Below are positions 29,158 through 38,849 of a DNA stretch of 64,000 nucleotides, piece by piece. The stretch covers positions 16,570-80,569 of IMG/VR virus record IMGVR_UViG_3300017903_002946; one strand, 5' to 3'. A program made the translations under genes and the position numbers. The notes beneath the pieces are model-generated. The model worked only from the letters and a program-made list of their open reading frames with translations, ran no database searches and was not told where the DNA came from. The number at the start of each line of letters is the position of its first letter. Within the stretch, counting starts at the first letter, position 1. Source of the stretch: a virus. Its lineage: Duplodnaviria > Caudoviricetes.

Positions 29158-29205
29158 ATACCACAAACATTGTTAAACTAAAGACATATTTGCATTTAAT
29201 CAACT

Positions 29206-30009
29206 ATGTCTGCTGCCGAAGAAAACACTCGTAAAAGTGGTAGCCGAATGGCTGCTAAACGAGGCACACGAATTAACAATACTAATAAAGTAGATTTTAG
29301 CGGCGCTAAAATTGGTGCTTTTAATTCGGGCAACAGTACATCTACTTCTAAATCTACTTCTAATTCCTCTGCTGGAATGAGCAGTAGCAGTTCTAGTAAA
29401 CCAGGTAAAAAACCATTTACACAGCCAGGTAGTTCTAGTAAAAATCAAAAAAAAGCAGATCGTGAAAAACGCGCCGAAAAGCGCATGATGCGAATCAAAT
29501 CTTTGCGTATGCAAAGAAGGAAAGCAAGGCAAAGCGGTGATAAAAAGCTTGCTAAGAAACTTTCTATGCGAATTATGAGAATTCGTAGAATGTCTTCACA
29601 ACAGGCTCAAAGACGCATGATGCGAATCAAATCTTTGCGTAATCAAAGAAAGGCAGCAAAGCAAAGCGGTAATACAAAGCTTGCTAAGAAACTTTCTATG
29701 CGAATTATGAGAATTCGTAGAAAGTCTTCGCAACAGACTAAAAAGCGCACTAATAATAGACTTACTAAGCGAATTATGAGAATTCGTAGAAAGTCTTCAC
29801 AACGGGCTCAAAGACGCATGATGCGAATCAAATCTTTGCGTAATCAAAGAAAGGCAGCAAAGCAAAGCGGTAATAAAAAGCTTGTTATGAAACTTTCTAT
29901 GCGAATTATGAGAATTCGTAGAAAGTCTTCACAACAGGCTCAAAGACGCATGATGCGAATCAAATCTTTGCGTAATCGAAAAAAAAAACTAAAGAGCGCA
30001 AGAAAGTAA
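29206..30009 (+). CDS. Protamine/histone-like Arg-Lys-Met-rich repeat protein, part 1
   Basis: 44-aa (132-bp) repeat units starting at 29482, 29614, 29815 and 29947; almost no acidic residues. Confidence 0.75.
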   Translation: MSAAEENTRKSGSRMAAKRGTRINNTNKVDFSGAKIGAFNSGNSTSTSKSTSNSSAGMSSSSSSKPGKKPFTQPGSSSKNQKKADREKRAEKRMMRIKSLRMQRRKARQSGDKKLAKKLSMRIMRIRRMSSQQAQRRMMRIKSLRNQRKAAKQSGNTKLAKKLSMRIMRIRRKSSQQTKKRTNNRLTKRIMRIRRKSSQRAQRRMMRIKSLRNQRKAAKQSGNKKLVMKLSMRIMRIRRKSSQQAQRRMMRIKSLRNRKKKLKSARK

Positions 30010-30017
30010 TCAGCTCT

Positions 30018-30344
30018 TTGCGTAATCAAAGAAAGAAAGCAAGGCAAACCGGTAATAAAAAGCTTGCTAAGAAGCTTTCTATGCGAATTATGAAAGTTCG
30101 TATGAAGGATAGACCACGTCCGATGAGATCTATTCGTCAGGTTATGAGAGCTAAGCGTCAAGCTATGAGAGCTATTCGTCAGGCTATGAAGCTTAGGCGT
30201 CGAGCTATGAGGCTTAGGCGTCAGGCTATGGGATCTACGCCTCGGGTTATGAGAGCTATTCGTCAAGCTATCAGAGCTAAGCGTCGAGCTATAAGAGCTA
30301 AGCGTCGGGCTATGAGACTTCGACGTCGGGCTATGAGACGCTAG
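30018..30344 (+). CDS. Basic repeat protein, part 2 (probably fused to part 1 by a -1 shift at A10, 29979-29988)
   Basis: Continues the same repeat, then 7-aa RAIRQAM-type heptads; its frame is open back into the A run. Confidence 0.65.
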   Translation: MRNQRKKARQTGNKKLAKKLSMRIMKVRMKDRPRPMRSIRQVMRAKRQAMRAIRQAMKLRRRAMRLRRQAMGSTPRVMRAIRQAIRAKRRAIRAKRRAMRLRRRAMRR

Positions 30345-30407
30345 AAGTAGAGTTAACCGTAAAAAAAGAAAGTAAACTTTCTTAAGTGTCACTAATAAAC
30401 TAACCAT

Positions 30408-30425
30408 AGCCGCCAAAAGGCGGCT
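30408..30425 (+). terminator. Hairpin downstream of the basic protein
   Basis: AGCCGCC-AAAA-GGCGGCT. Confidence 0.5.
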
Positions 30426-30471
30426 ATATTTATGTCATGGGTTAATCGCCCATGTTTTAAATTTGCAACGA

Positions 30472-30642
30472 ATGCATATATCAAATCAACAATCCAAAGA
30501 ACTCACTGAGATTATTGAAGATACAATTGAATATTTTTGCGATAAAGAAAAAGTGTCTGGGCAACTAGCTTGGACCTGTATTGAATGTTTAGCAACTTCA
30601 AAACTTGCTGAATTAAATGGTGAACTTACATCTTTTGTGTAA
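30472..30642 (+). CDS. Small hypothetical protein (56 aa)
   Basis: Hand-translated MHISNQQSKELTEIIEDTIEYFC... Confidence 0.5.
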   Translation: MHISNQQSKELTEIIEDTIEYFCDKEKVSGQLAWTCIECLATSKLAELNGELTSFV

Positions 30643-30806
30643 TGGTATATACATCCAAAAAAATTGCACAGGCATGTGTAGACTATGTCGTTCCCATGTG
30701 CAATACTCACCATACAAATCGACTTGAAGTTCTTGAAACTATGGCAGTTTTAATTGCTAAAGAGATTTCACATCTTAAAAGCATAGATCCTGTTAGAAAT
30801 CGATAA
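30642..30806 (+). CDS. Small hypothetical protein (54 aa)
   Basis: TAATG coupling to the upstream ORF. Confidence 0.45.
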   Translation: MVYTSKKIAQACVDYVVPMCNTHHTNRLEVLETMAVLIAKEISHLKSIDPVRNR

Positions 30807-30876
30807 AATAAATGCCGCTTAACAGCGGCTTTAGTTCTTAATGCCTTTAAGGCATCTGTCAAACAAATACATTTCC

Positions 30877-31527
30877 ATGACTATTCTCCAAGACAACACA
30901 GCTATTGTTTCAGATTTGATTGCTGGTGGTCAGCAATCTGATGTCAGCATGATGATTGGTGTCGGTGTCAATAAAGATAGCGATGCAGTATTTTTCATGT
31001 ATCGCGGTGATGATCAAGAGCCAGTTGCACTTACTATTCCAACTTCGGGTAAACCTTTGACTCGCCTTGGCAATGTCAAAGTGACTGGTATCAATATTGC
31101 TGAAGATATTGGCTCATTTAAGTCCACCAAGCTCAATCTTTTTTTGACTACTAACACAGGTACAGTTATTCTTGTTACTTCTGGATTGACAACTCTCTGG
31201 TCCCAATGTGTCTTGACTGGCTTAATGGGAGCATTCAATACTGGCAATCTTGAATTTGCTTTGACTTTGGATACCTGGAAAGGTAATTCCAAAATGAAGC
31301 CATGCTTTGCCGCTATCCGTTCTGGCGATCTTAAAATGTCTGATACTGATTTGTATGAGCAACTTAAAGAAGCCCGATCTGATCGTGATAATAAAAAAGT
31401 AGAAACTATTTTGCGTGATTGTGTTTCAATTCTCAGTCATTCAATCTCACCTTCAGACGAAAAAGATCTTAAAGTATTGAATGTGAATATTCACCATAAC
31501 AACGACAATAACGAGGAGCTTTTCTGA
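30877..31527 (+). CDS. Hypothetical protein
   Basis: Likely start MTILQDN after the hairpin at 30814. Confidence 0.7.
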   Translation: MTILQDNTAIVSDLIAGGQQSDVSMMIGVGVNKDSDAVFFMYRGDDQEPVALTIPTSGKPLTRLGNVKVTGINIAEDIGSFKSTKLNLFLTTNTGTVILVTSGLTTLWSQCVLTGLMGAFNTGNLEFALTLDTWKGNSKMKPCFAAIRSGDLKMSDTDLYEQLKEARSDRDNKKVETILRDCVSILSHSISPSDEKDLKVLNVNIHHNNDNNEELF

Positions 31528-32060
31528 TGGGTTCACAGTCTGAACGCCGTAATCTCTATTACGAAGAAAATGATCAATATGATCCTTTGATTTCAGTAGA
31601 TATCAACGAATATCTTATTGAAAGTTGGCCTACTTTAACATTAAAACAACGTACTTCTGTTTGGACTCTTTGTCAAAATGATGAAGAATTTGATTACACC
31701 AGTATTTACGATCAGATTGATGATTATGTATATAAACTTGCTGAAAGTGATTCTGAAGTATATTTGGGTGATGATTCTTCTGATTATGAAGAATATGATG
31801 ACGATGAAAATGACGATGACACTGATGATGAAGACGAAAGTCTTGATGGTTATCTAATTGTCGATGTTGTCACTTATTTGTCAGATAAATATCCAAATAT
31901 TACTGAAGAACAACTTTTTGAAATTTCAGACCATATGAATAGCGACGAAGCATTTAGCTGGGATGCTCTTTATACCTATATGGATTTTTACGTCAAGCAA
32001 TATGCATGCGAAGTAGATAATACTATTAATTTAGAAGAATCTTCAGATGAAGCTGAATGA
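31527..32060 (+). CDS. Very acidic two-repeat protein
   Basis: 177 aa; two similar ~55-aa halves joined by a D/E tract. Confidence 0.7.
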   Translation: MGSQSERRNLYYEENDQYDPLISVDINEYLIESWPTLTLKQRTSVWTLCQNDEEFDYTSIYDQIDDYVYKLAESDSEVYLGDDSSDYEEYDDDENDDDTDDEDESLDGYLIVDVVTYLSDKYPNITEEQLFEISDHMNSDEAFSWDALYTYMDFYVKQYACEVDNTINLEESSDEAE

Positions 32061-33593
32061 GTATTGACTCAATTGCTGAACTTCAAACTACACGTAGATA
32101 TTTAACTTCTATTTTGTTAAATCTACCAATACAAACAAATGATATAAGTGTGGCAAGCCTTCTTGTCATGCTTGATCATTTTGTAGCCAATCCAAAAGAT
32201 TATCTTGAACTTATTAAATGTCAAGAACAGTAATTATCAATGACTACGATGCACTCGATGTCGTATTGCTGTGTCACGCAGCACTGGCCCAGGACTCACC
32301 AGAAACTCCTACGTTCTATTTCAACCAAATACTCAATCTTATGTTTGGTTATCTCAATACTGCTCAACGAAAAGAAGTCGAAGAGTATCTTGCTGAGAAG
32401 AAGTATCTGCCTGAGGTAAAAATCGAACTAAGTAAATGAAACTAACCAAAGAAAATCAGGAGTTTCTTGACACACTGTTTGACAATTTAATGAAACATAC
32501 AGACAGTAACATGATTGATTTGCACGATGATGACTCGTGTTGTGACCACATTGAATTCGAAAAGCTAGTTGACAATGATTGATTACGATATTAAATACAT
32601 TGATAAAGAAGGTGACCAGCAAGACTTTGTAATCACTTCAATTGATGCAAGGACGGCAATGAACAATTTGTTTGAGCTGTGTCCAGATGCTAAGCGAATT
32701 GTTCGCTGCACACCCAAACCAATGTTTGAGGACTAATGGAATTAAATTCTGAAGCTATTGAACATTTCAAAGACTACCTTGTTGAATCAATGAATGATGA
32801 TGTTTATTATCAACTAAAAGATTGGCTTAATCAAGTACTTGGTGAAGATCAGGATTTTGATGAAGCAATCAATTTCTTTGTGGATAATCTCCATGGCTCA
32901 CTTCAATGGATTGACTAATGTTCAAAACACAAACTGAAATGGAAGCTATTGCAGTTTCCAAGCCAACAATCCGGACTGTGTTTAATCCACAAACGCTAAA
33001 CGAAGATGAGCATCTTGGTTATGACGCAGAGGTGCAATACAAACGCAAAGAAAATACTGTGCGTTTGATTATATGTAGCCAGCTAGATACAGTACGAGTT
33101 GGTGAACCTGTGATGATTTCATATCATTCAGGAATGAGATGTTATCAACATAGCCGCCACGTTGTAACATCTAATGAGGAGAATTGCATTGGCGGTTTCT
33201 ACTTTACTGACGGTAAAAAAGCATGAATGATTTAGACATACTCACAGCTCGTGAGCAATTGATGGAAGACATTGATTCTATCATTGAGACAACATTTAAT
33301 GAGGTGTTCCCACATACAAAAGAATATAAGGAACTACAAGATGATCTCGTTATAACCTTATGTGACGCTGTCTGTACAAACTTATCTGCTAACCACAGTA
33401 CAAAAGCATGAATCAACTTGTTTTTGATTATTTATGTGATCTTGCAAACAATAAAACTGTTGACGGCTTAGTTGACGACAACGTCTGGGAAGCAAGTACA
33501 TATATTATTGAAAATTTTAATTATCAAGATATCTACAATCAAATAGATAATCTTCTTGAAAATTATTTAGTGCAACACAGCACAGAAGATTGA
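32057..33593 (+). other. Cluster of about eight short, mostly acidic ORFs
   Basis: Includes 32057..32233, 32218..32439, 32736..32918, 32918..33226, 33223..33411 and 33408..33593, mostly with overlapping start/stop codons. Confidence 0.6.
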
Positions 33594-33662
33594 ACACTTT
33601 ACAAAACAGCAAATCATTGGAGATAAAGAGCATATGGACTACGAACCCATTGACGTAATTTA

Positions 33663-34010
33663 ATGATGAAACATTACAAACTCTATGTTTTTACCCAAGA
33701 CGCTTGTCCTCCTTGCGCACGGCTCAAGAACTATGTCGAAACTCTCTCAGAAGATGAAAGGGCTGAGCTTGATTTTGTCCCACTTAAGACGGCCTCTGGT
33801 CAGCGTACGGCGCTTGCAGAGGAGCTTGCGGTGGATCTTACACCAACACTCGTTGTCTGCCACGAGACTATCTCTTGTGAGATTGCTAGTGACGACGAAG
33901 AATACTGCGAGTTGGAAGAAGAATCTGTAGAGCGCTTTGTTGGTGCTGCTGCAATTATTGAAAACCTCGACAGTCTACTTGACGCATATACATACGCACA
34001 TCCTGAATGA
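33663..34010 (+). CDS. Thioredoxin/glutaredoxin-like protein
   Basis: CPPC redox motif and LTPTLVV cis-Pro loop. Confidence 0.8.
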   Translation: MMKHYKLYVFTQDACPPCARLKNYVETLSEDERAELDFVPLKTASGQRTALAEELAVDLTPTLVVCHETISCEIASDDEEYCELEEESVERFVGAAAIIENLDSLLDAYTYAHPE

Positions 34011-34015
34011 TTTAA

Positions 34016-34243
34016 ATGTCGAAGAAAAGTAACATAATTGAAGCGAAAGGCACTATTTTTAAAGAAAGTGGCAACGGATATTTCAACGTAGAACTTGAAG
34101 AACCTAAAGGTCATAATTGTCTGTGCCGTGCCTCAGGTCGCTTGATCACTCGCAAGATTCAATTGCTTGTGGGTGATCGAGTTACTGTTGAATTGTCACC
34201 ATATGATCTTGATCGTGGACGTATAACACTCCGCGAAAAATGA
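34016..34243 (+). CDS. infA: Translation initiation factor IF-1 homolog
   Basis: IEAKGTI...FNVELE...SG...I.LLVGDRVTVELSPYDLDRGRIT; 75 aa. Confidence 0.88.
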   Translation: MSKKSNIIEAKGTIFKESGNGYFNVELEEPKGHNCLCRASGRLITRKIQLLVGDRVTVELSPYDLDRGRITLREK

Positions 34244-34725
34244 ACAAAACAACTATAAACTGGTATAACGCAATTAAAAAACAAATGACATTAGGAGATC
34301 AAGCACGAGTATTTCGCAAAACGTTTAATCAAGAAATACTTGATAATATTTCCCGCTACGGTTTCGTTAAGAAGCAATTGTGGGACATGCAAGTGGGACT
34401 TATTAACGAAGAATCTTGTGAGTTTCTTGAAGCTGCTGAGGAACTATATGCAGATCCTGAAGATCAAGACCTTCGTCAATCACTTGTTAAAGAGTTAAGT
34501 GATTTAGTCTTTGTCTGCTATCAATTTGCAGCTGCTTTTAATATTGATTTAGACAGGGCAATGACCCTTATTTTTGAATCTAATATGAGTAAACTAGATG
34601 CACAAGGCATGCCAATCTATCGAGAAGATGGCAAGGTTTTAAAGGGTCCTAACTATAAAGCTCCAGATCTTTCTTCGTGTTTGCCATTGCCCCTACTTTC
34701 TTATGACGAATCCCATGGAAAATAA
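34240..34725 (+). CDS. MazG-like/all-alpha NTP pyrophosphohydrolase
   Basis: LINEESCEF...KELSDL...ESNMSKL...REDGKVLKGPNY. Confidence 0.85.
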   Translation: MNKTTINWYNAIKKQMTLGDQARVFRKTFNQEILDNISRYGFVKKQLWDMQVGLINEESCEFLEAAEELYADPEDQDLRQSLVKELSDLVFVCYQFAAAFNIDLDRAMTLIFESNMSKLDAQGMPIYREDGKVLKGPNYKAPDLSSCLPLPLLSYDESHGK

Positions 34726-36142
34726 TCAAATGATTGCTCGTACTGGTCGAGTTCAATCCTGGATGGATGATCAAACCAGTCGGTTGCCTGTGTCGTGCAC
34801 AGTCTTTGTTGTTGATGACTCGATGGAAGGTCCTAATGGTATCGAAGCAAGCTGGCGTTTTGTCTCTCATGCACTTCGTAATGGCGCTGGAGTCGCGGTC
34901 CACCTTTCAAAACTACGCGCTAGAGGAAGCGATAATGGCAAGGGACTTGTTGCATCTGGTCCTTGCTCGTTTGGACAAATATATTCAATGCTCAACCAAA
35001 CTCTCAGACGAGGAGGTATCTATAAAAACGGAGCAGTAGTTCTTCATCTAGATATCAATCATCCTGATATCCTAGAATTTGTTCAAATGCAGCGTAACGA
35101 AATTCCTTGGGCTAAACGTTGCGTTAATGTCACAACTACATTTTGGAATGAAGCTACACGTGAAGTTAAAGATGCAATCATTGCTGGCATCAAACGTGGA
35201 GACATCTGGCTTGCAAAAATGCGCACTGATCAATACGGTCGGCGTATCTATGCAAACGTTTGTCTAGAAGTCTTTTTACGCTCACGTGGCACTTGTTTGT
35301 TGGAACACATTAACTTGGGTGCATGCACACCTGAAGAAATTCCTCAAGCTTTTGTAGATGGCATGGAAGAACTTATTGAATTGCACTCCAAAACTGGTGT
35401 AGAAAATACTGGTGAGTATTTAACCCAAGATGAAGATCGACAAGTTGGTCTTGGAATGCTTGGATTAGCTAATTTGTTGGCACTTGAAAAAGTTACTTAT
35501 GCACAATTTGCTGAAGCTTTAGAAGAATGCCTTTGGCCTGAAAGAAGCTATATCGTGACTCCTCCTGCCCGTAAAATTGTAAAAGCACTTAAGCGAGGCA
35601 TTGATGCCGCAGCAGCTGTAGCACGCCTGTCCAACATGGATCGTGCGTTTGCAATTGCTCCAACTGCATCATGCAGCTATCGCTACACTGATCGAGCAGG
35701 CTATACAACGGCCCCTGAATTGGCTCCGCCAATCGGGCGCACAGTTGATAGGGACAGCTCTACATTTGGGGTTCAATCCTTTGACTACGGTCTAGTTGAA
35801 ACAGCTGAAGAAGTCGGCTGGAATGACTACAAACGTACTGTTGATGGAATTATGGAACTTCTTAACCGCACTGGCCTTGCACACGGTTATAGTTTTAATT
35901 CTTGGAGTGATGTCGTAATTTACGACGATCAGTTTATTGATTCGTGGCTTGCATCTCCACAAACAAGTTTGTATTATTCATTGCAAGTCATGCAGAATAC
36001 CCAAGATAAAACTGATGCAATGGCTGCATTAGGCGGCAATTTCGAATCTATTTTTGGATTTGATGAATTAGATGCTGATGACAACGATGTGTCATTGACA
36101 ATGTTCAATGATCCTGCAGCCTGTGTAGGTTGCGCAGAATAA
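34703..36142 (+). CDS. nrdA: Ribonucleotide reductase alpha subunit, cyanophage P60/P-SSP7 type
   Basis: PVSCTV, NVCLEV, RQVGLGMLGL, AIAPTASCSY. Confidence 0.9.
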   Translation: MTNPMENNQMIARTGRVQSWMDDQTSRLPVSCTVFVVDDSMEGPNGIEASWRFVSHALRNGAGVAVHLSKLRARGSDNGKGLVASGPCSFGQIYSMLNQTLRRGGIYKNGAVVLHLDINHPDILEFVQMQRNEIPWAKRCVNVTTTFWNEATREVKDAIIAGIKRGDIWLAKMRTDQYGRRIYANVCLEVFLRSRGTCLLEHINLGACTPEEIPQAFVDGMEELIELHSKTGVENTGEYLTQDEDRQVGLGMLGLANLLALEKVTYAQFAEALEECLWPERSYIVTPPARKIVKALKRGIDAAAAVARLSNMDRAFAIAPTASCSYRYTDRAGYTTAPELAPPIGRTVDRDSSTFGVQSFDYGLVETAEEVGWNDYKRTVDGIMELLNRTGLAHGYSFNSWSDVVIYDDQFIDSWLASPQTSLYYSLQVMQNTQDKTDAMAALGGNFESIFGFDELDADDNDVSLTMFNDPAACVGCAE

Positions 36143-36201
36143 CCAAGCCTTTAATAAGAAAATCTCTTATTAAAAGAAACCAACTAACCTTTAATAAGAT
36201 A

Positions 36202-36933
36202 ATGAAAGCAGAAACTCCTTACATCCAACTTCATCAGCGTAAACGTACATGGACACCTGTTCAAGTATCGTCTGGCCAACTTCTCGAAGGAGGCGAAGAA
36301 GTCATTCAACGTGCCCTTTCTTTGCGTTGCTTAGAAATTCCAGTTGGTGATTTTATTCAAGATGCTATGAAAGGTGACTTGCCTGATGTCAAAGGCTGCA
36401 AAGAACTTCTTGAAAGTAATGTACAAGACGAAATTAAACACGATATTGCACTCAACTATGCAGCTAAAGTCCATAAAATTCCTAAACAATTTGAAAAAGA
36501 AGCTGCGCATATTTGTAAAACATGGCTTGAACTTGATCGACATCCAGTCCTTAAAGCCGTTGTATTGGAAAGATCCGTCTTCTTTGTTCTCTTACCAATC
36601 TTTCGATTCCTTGGAGACACGGGATTGCGCACGACAAGTGCCGACATCTCACGAGATGAACAGACCCATGTTGCTGCCAACACGCTTGTCTGTGAGGCGC
36701 TTGGACTTACCTCTGACAAAACCCTCAACAATCTCCGCCGCGCTACGATCGCATGGTGCCTTCAATCCCTCCAAGGCAAATCTGATCACAAACATCTCTC
36801 GGCAAACTTCTGGCTTACAAGTTCAGATTCTTTGTATTCAAGAGGCAAAGCGGAAGGGTTGATGGAAACAAGAGCTTCACGTATGCCGGCTTTCTTTGAA
36901 ACTAGCAGTGTTAATCTTCCTCAATATGCTTAA
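36202..36933 (+). CDS. nrdB: Ribonucleotide reductase beta subunit (ferritin-like)
   Basis: Carboxylate/His motifs LEIP, DEIKH, LERS, DEQTH; directly downstream of alpha. Confidence 0.8.
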   Translation: MKAETPYIQLHQRKRTWTPVQVSSGQLLEGGEEVIQRALSLRCLEIPVGDFIQDAMKGDLPDVKGCKELLESNVQDEIKHDIALNYAAKVHKIPKQFEKEAAHICKTWLELDRHPVLKAVVLERSVFFVLLPIFRFLGDTGLRTTSADISRDEQTHVAANTLVCEALGLTSDKTLNNLRRATIAWCLQSLQGKSDHKHLSANFWLTSSDSLYSRGKAEGLMETRASRMPAFFETSSVNLPQYA

Positions 36934-36942
36934 TTAATTTAT

Positions 36943-37200
36943 ATGCCTTCCAAAATTGAAGTTGTTGCTGAAAAAATTTGTCTAGATACATTTGATGATC
37001 ATTCACTACCAACTGATGTCCATGTAATTACTTTTACAAAAGATGGTGAACGTCAGTTTGATGCTGTTCGAGCTTATTCTAAGGTTGATATTTTTAATGA
37101 GTATTATGACAAATTAGGCAAAGATAATCCAATTCATTCTATTGAATCTGGATATGGACGAATCAAACCTCGAATATACGGTAAAATTTCTGGAGATTAA
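36943..37200 (+). CDS. Hypothetical protein
   Basis: 85 aa ORF. Confidence 0.6.
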   Translation: MPSKIEVVAEKICLDTFDDHSLPTDVHVITFTKDGERQFDAVRAYSKVDIFNEYYDKLGKDNPIHSIESGYGRIKPRIYGKISGD

Positions 37201-37201
37201 T

Positions 37202-37402
37202 ATGAATAGTGAATATGGTTCTGTTGAACACTATGCTCAACAGTTTTCTGATTGGTTAGCTGATATTCAGGCTGATGAACCACATTATGGAGATAATCTA
37301 ATTGCTGGTCTTAAGCTTGCATTAGCTGATTGGAAAAATTATTATCAAAAACAAGTTGCTGAATGTGATCGTATCGAAAAATTATTTGATGAAGAAATCT
37401 GA
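37202..37402 (+). CDS. Hypothetical protein
   Basis: 66 aa from MNSEYG. Confidence 0.55.
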   Translation: MNSEYGSVEHYAQQFSDWLADIQADEPHYGDNLIAGLKLALADWKNYYQKQVAECDRIEKLFDEEI

Positions 37403-37485
37403 TTATCAGCAGCAGCTTTTATTGCTTGTTAAAAAGTATACCCAACAACTTACTATTAAGCAACTTAAACAATTAATTGCTAAAC

Positions 37486-38109
37486 ATGCATAATGCTAAA
37501 CTTGTTTGGATAACTCCAGACGCAGAAAAACTTATTGGCAAAATTGCAAGAGTTTCAAATCCTAAAAACGAAGACAATCCTAATGTCGAAAAACTCATCC
37601 GATATCTTATCAAACACAAACACTGGAGCCCATTTGAAATGGCGTCCATGTGCGTCGAGATTAAGACTACACGCGCTATTGCTCCGCAAATATTACGCCA
37701 CAGATCCTTCTCATTTCAAGAGTTCAGTCAACGCTATGCAATCCCAACTGAATTAGTTGTTCCTGATCTTCGTCGTCAAGATTTGAAAAATAGACAAAAT
37801 AGTATTGATGATTTACCTAAAGAAACAGTCGAATTGCTTCAACACCAAATCAATAATCATTATCGAAGCTCTTTAGATATTTATAATAGTATGTTGGACT
37901 ATGGTGTAGCTAAAGAGTGTGCGCGTTCTGTTCTCCCTCTTAATACAGCAACACGTTTATATATGTCCGGTACTATTAGAAGTTGGCTTCATTATGTTGA
38001 TCTTCGAGCTGATAATGGCACACAACATGAGCACATGATAATTGCCAGATCAATTGGAGAATTACTTGCCGATCAAGTTCCTACTATTGCTCGCGCAATG
38101 TGGGACTGA
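37486..38109 (+). CDS. thyX: FAD-dependent thymidylate synthase
   Basis: HWSPFE, QILRHRSFSFQEFSQRY. Confidence 0.95.
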   Translation: MHNAKLVWITPDAEKLIGKIARVSNPKNEDNPNVEKLIRYLIKHKHWSPFEMASMCVEIKTTRAIAPQILRHRSFSFQEFSQRYAIPTELVVPDLRRQDLKNRQNSIDDLPKETVELLQHQINNHYRSSLDIYNSMLDYGVAKECARSVLPLNTATRLYMSGTIRSWLHYVDLRADNGTQHEHMIIARSIGELLADQVPTIARAMWD

Positions 38110-38145
38110 CCTTTAATATAAAGACTGAAAAACTAAACAGTCATA

Positions 38146-38805
38146 ATGAATTTTATTGCTGCAACAATTGAATTACGATCCTTTATTTCAGATCCGATCA
38201 ATGCTTATGGTCTTGATTATCGTGGCGCTGATGCTGTTGTGCCCAGTGGTAGTGGCGCTTCAGAGGTTAAACTTAGAGTCCTCTGTTATGACCGTGAAGG
38301 GCCGAAGCTTTCTCTTTTTAAAGAATGGAAGCCAAATACAAGAGCTTTGATTACTGGTAATCTTGTTTTTTCTGATGATACAAGTAAACCACTTGATCTC
38401 ATTGTTACAACAATTGAACCGGGTATTCCTGATTCTGTGTATTGCAATCAAGTTGTATTAGGCAATGCTTTCTTCGGCGCAGATGAAATTAAAGAACGTA
38501 AAAATAATCAAGTAGCAGTGAAAATTGGTACGTCTCTCGACAACTCTGACATTGTGACTTGGCTTTTCCTAGAAACTCATGAATCAAGAAAGAAAAAACT
38601 TACAGATCGAATCCGCAAAGGACGGCCTATCTGCGTTCAAGGCTACCTCCGCGAATATCGCAAGGATGACAGTGACAGCCCTTATCGTGCCATTGTTGCA
38701 TCTGACTTCACGACTCGAAAAGATCGAGAAAAATCTAGCAGGAATCCACAAACGAATGGTTCAGCAGCGGGTTACACAGAAGTTGATCCAACGCCGGATT
38801 ATTGA
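38146..38805 (+). CDS. Tandem OB-fold SSB-like protein
   Basis: RIRKGRPICVQGYL pattern; acidic/aromatic tail EVDPTPDY. Confidence 0.55.
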   Translation: MNFIAATIELRSFISDPINAYGLDYRGADAVVPSGSGASEVKLRVLCYDREGPKLSLFKEWKPNTRALITGNLVFSDDTSKPLDLIVTTIEPGIPDSVYCNQVVLGNAFFGADEIKERKNNQVAVKIGTSLDNSDIVTWLFLETHESRKKKLTDRIRKGRPICVQGYLREYRKDDSDSPYRAIVASDFTTRKDREKSSRNPQTNGSAAGYTEVDPTPDY

Positions 38806-38849
38806 ACGTAAGATTCACCTAGCTCGAAATCTTTCGGGCTGGGATTATC

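Noticed and set aside
29200-30416. Antisense ORFs over the basic repeat gene
   Set aside because: Stop-free by-products of the repeats.
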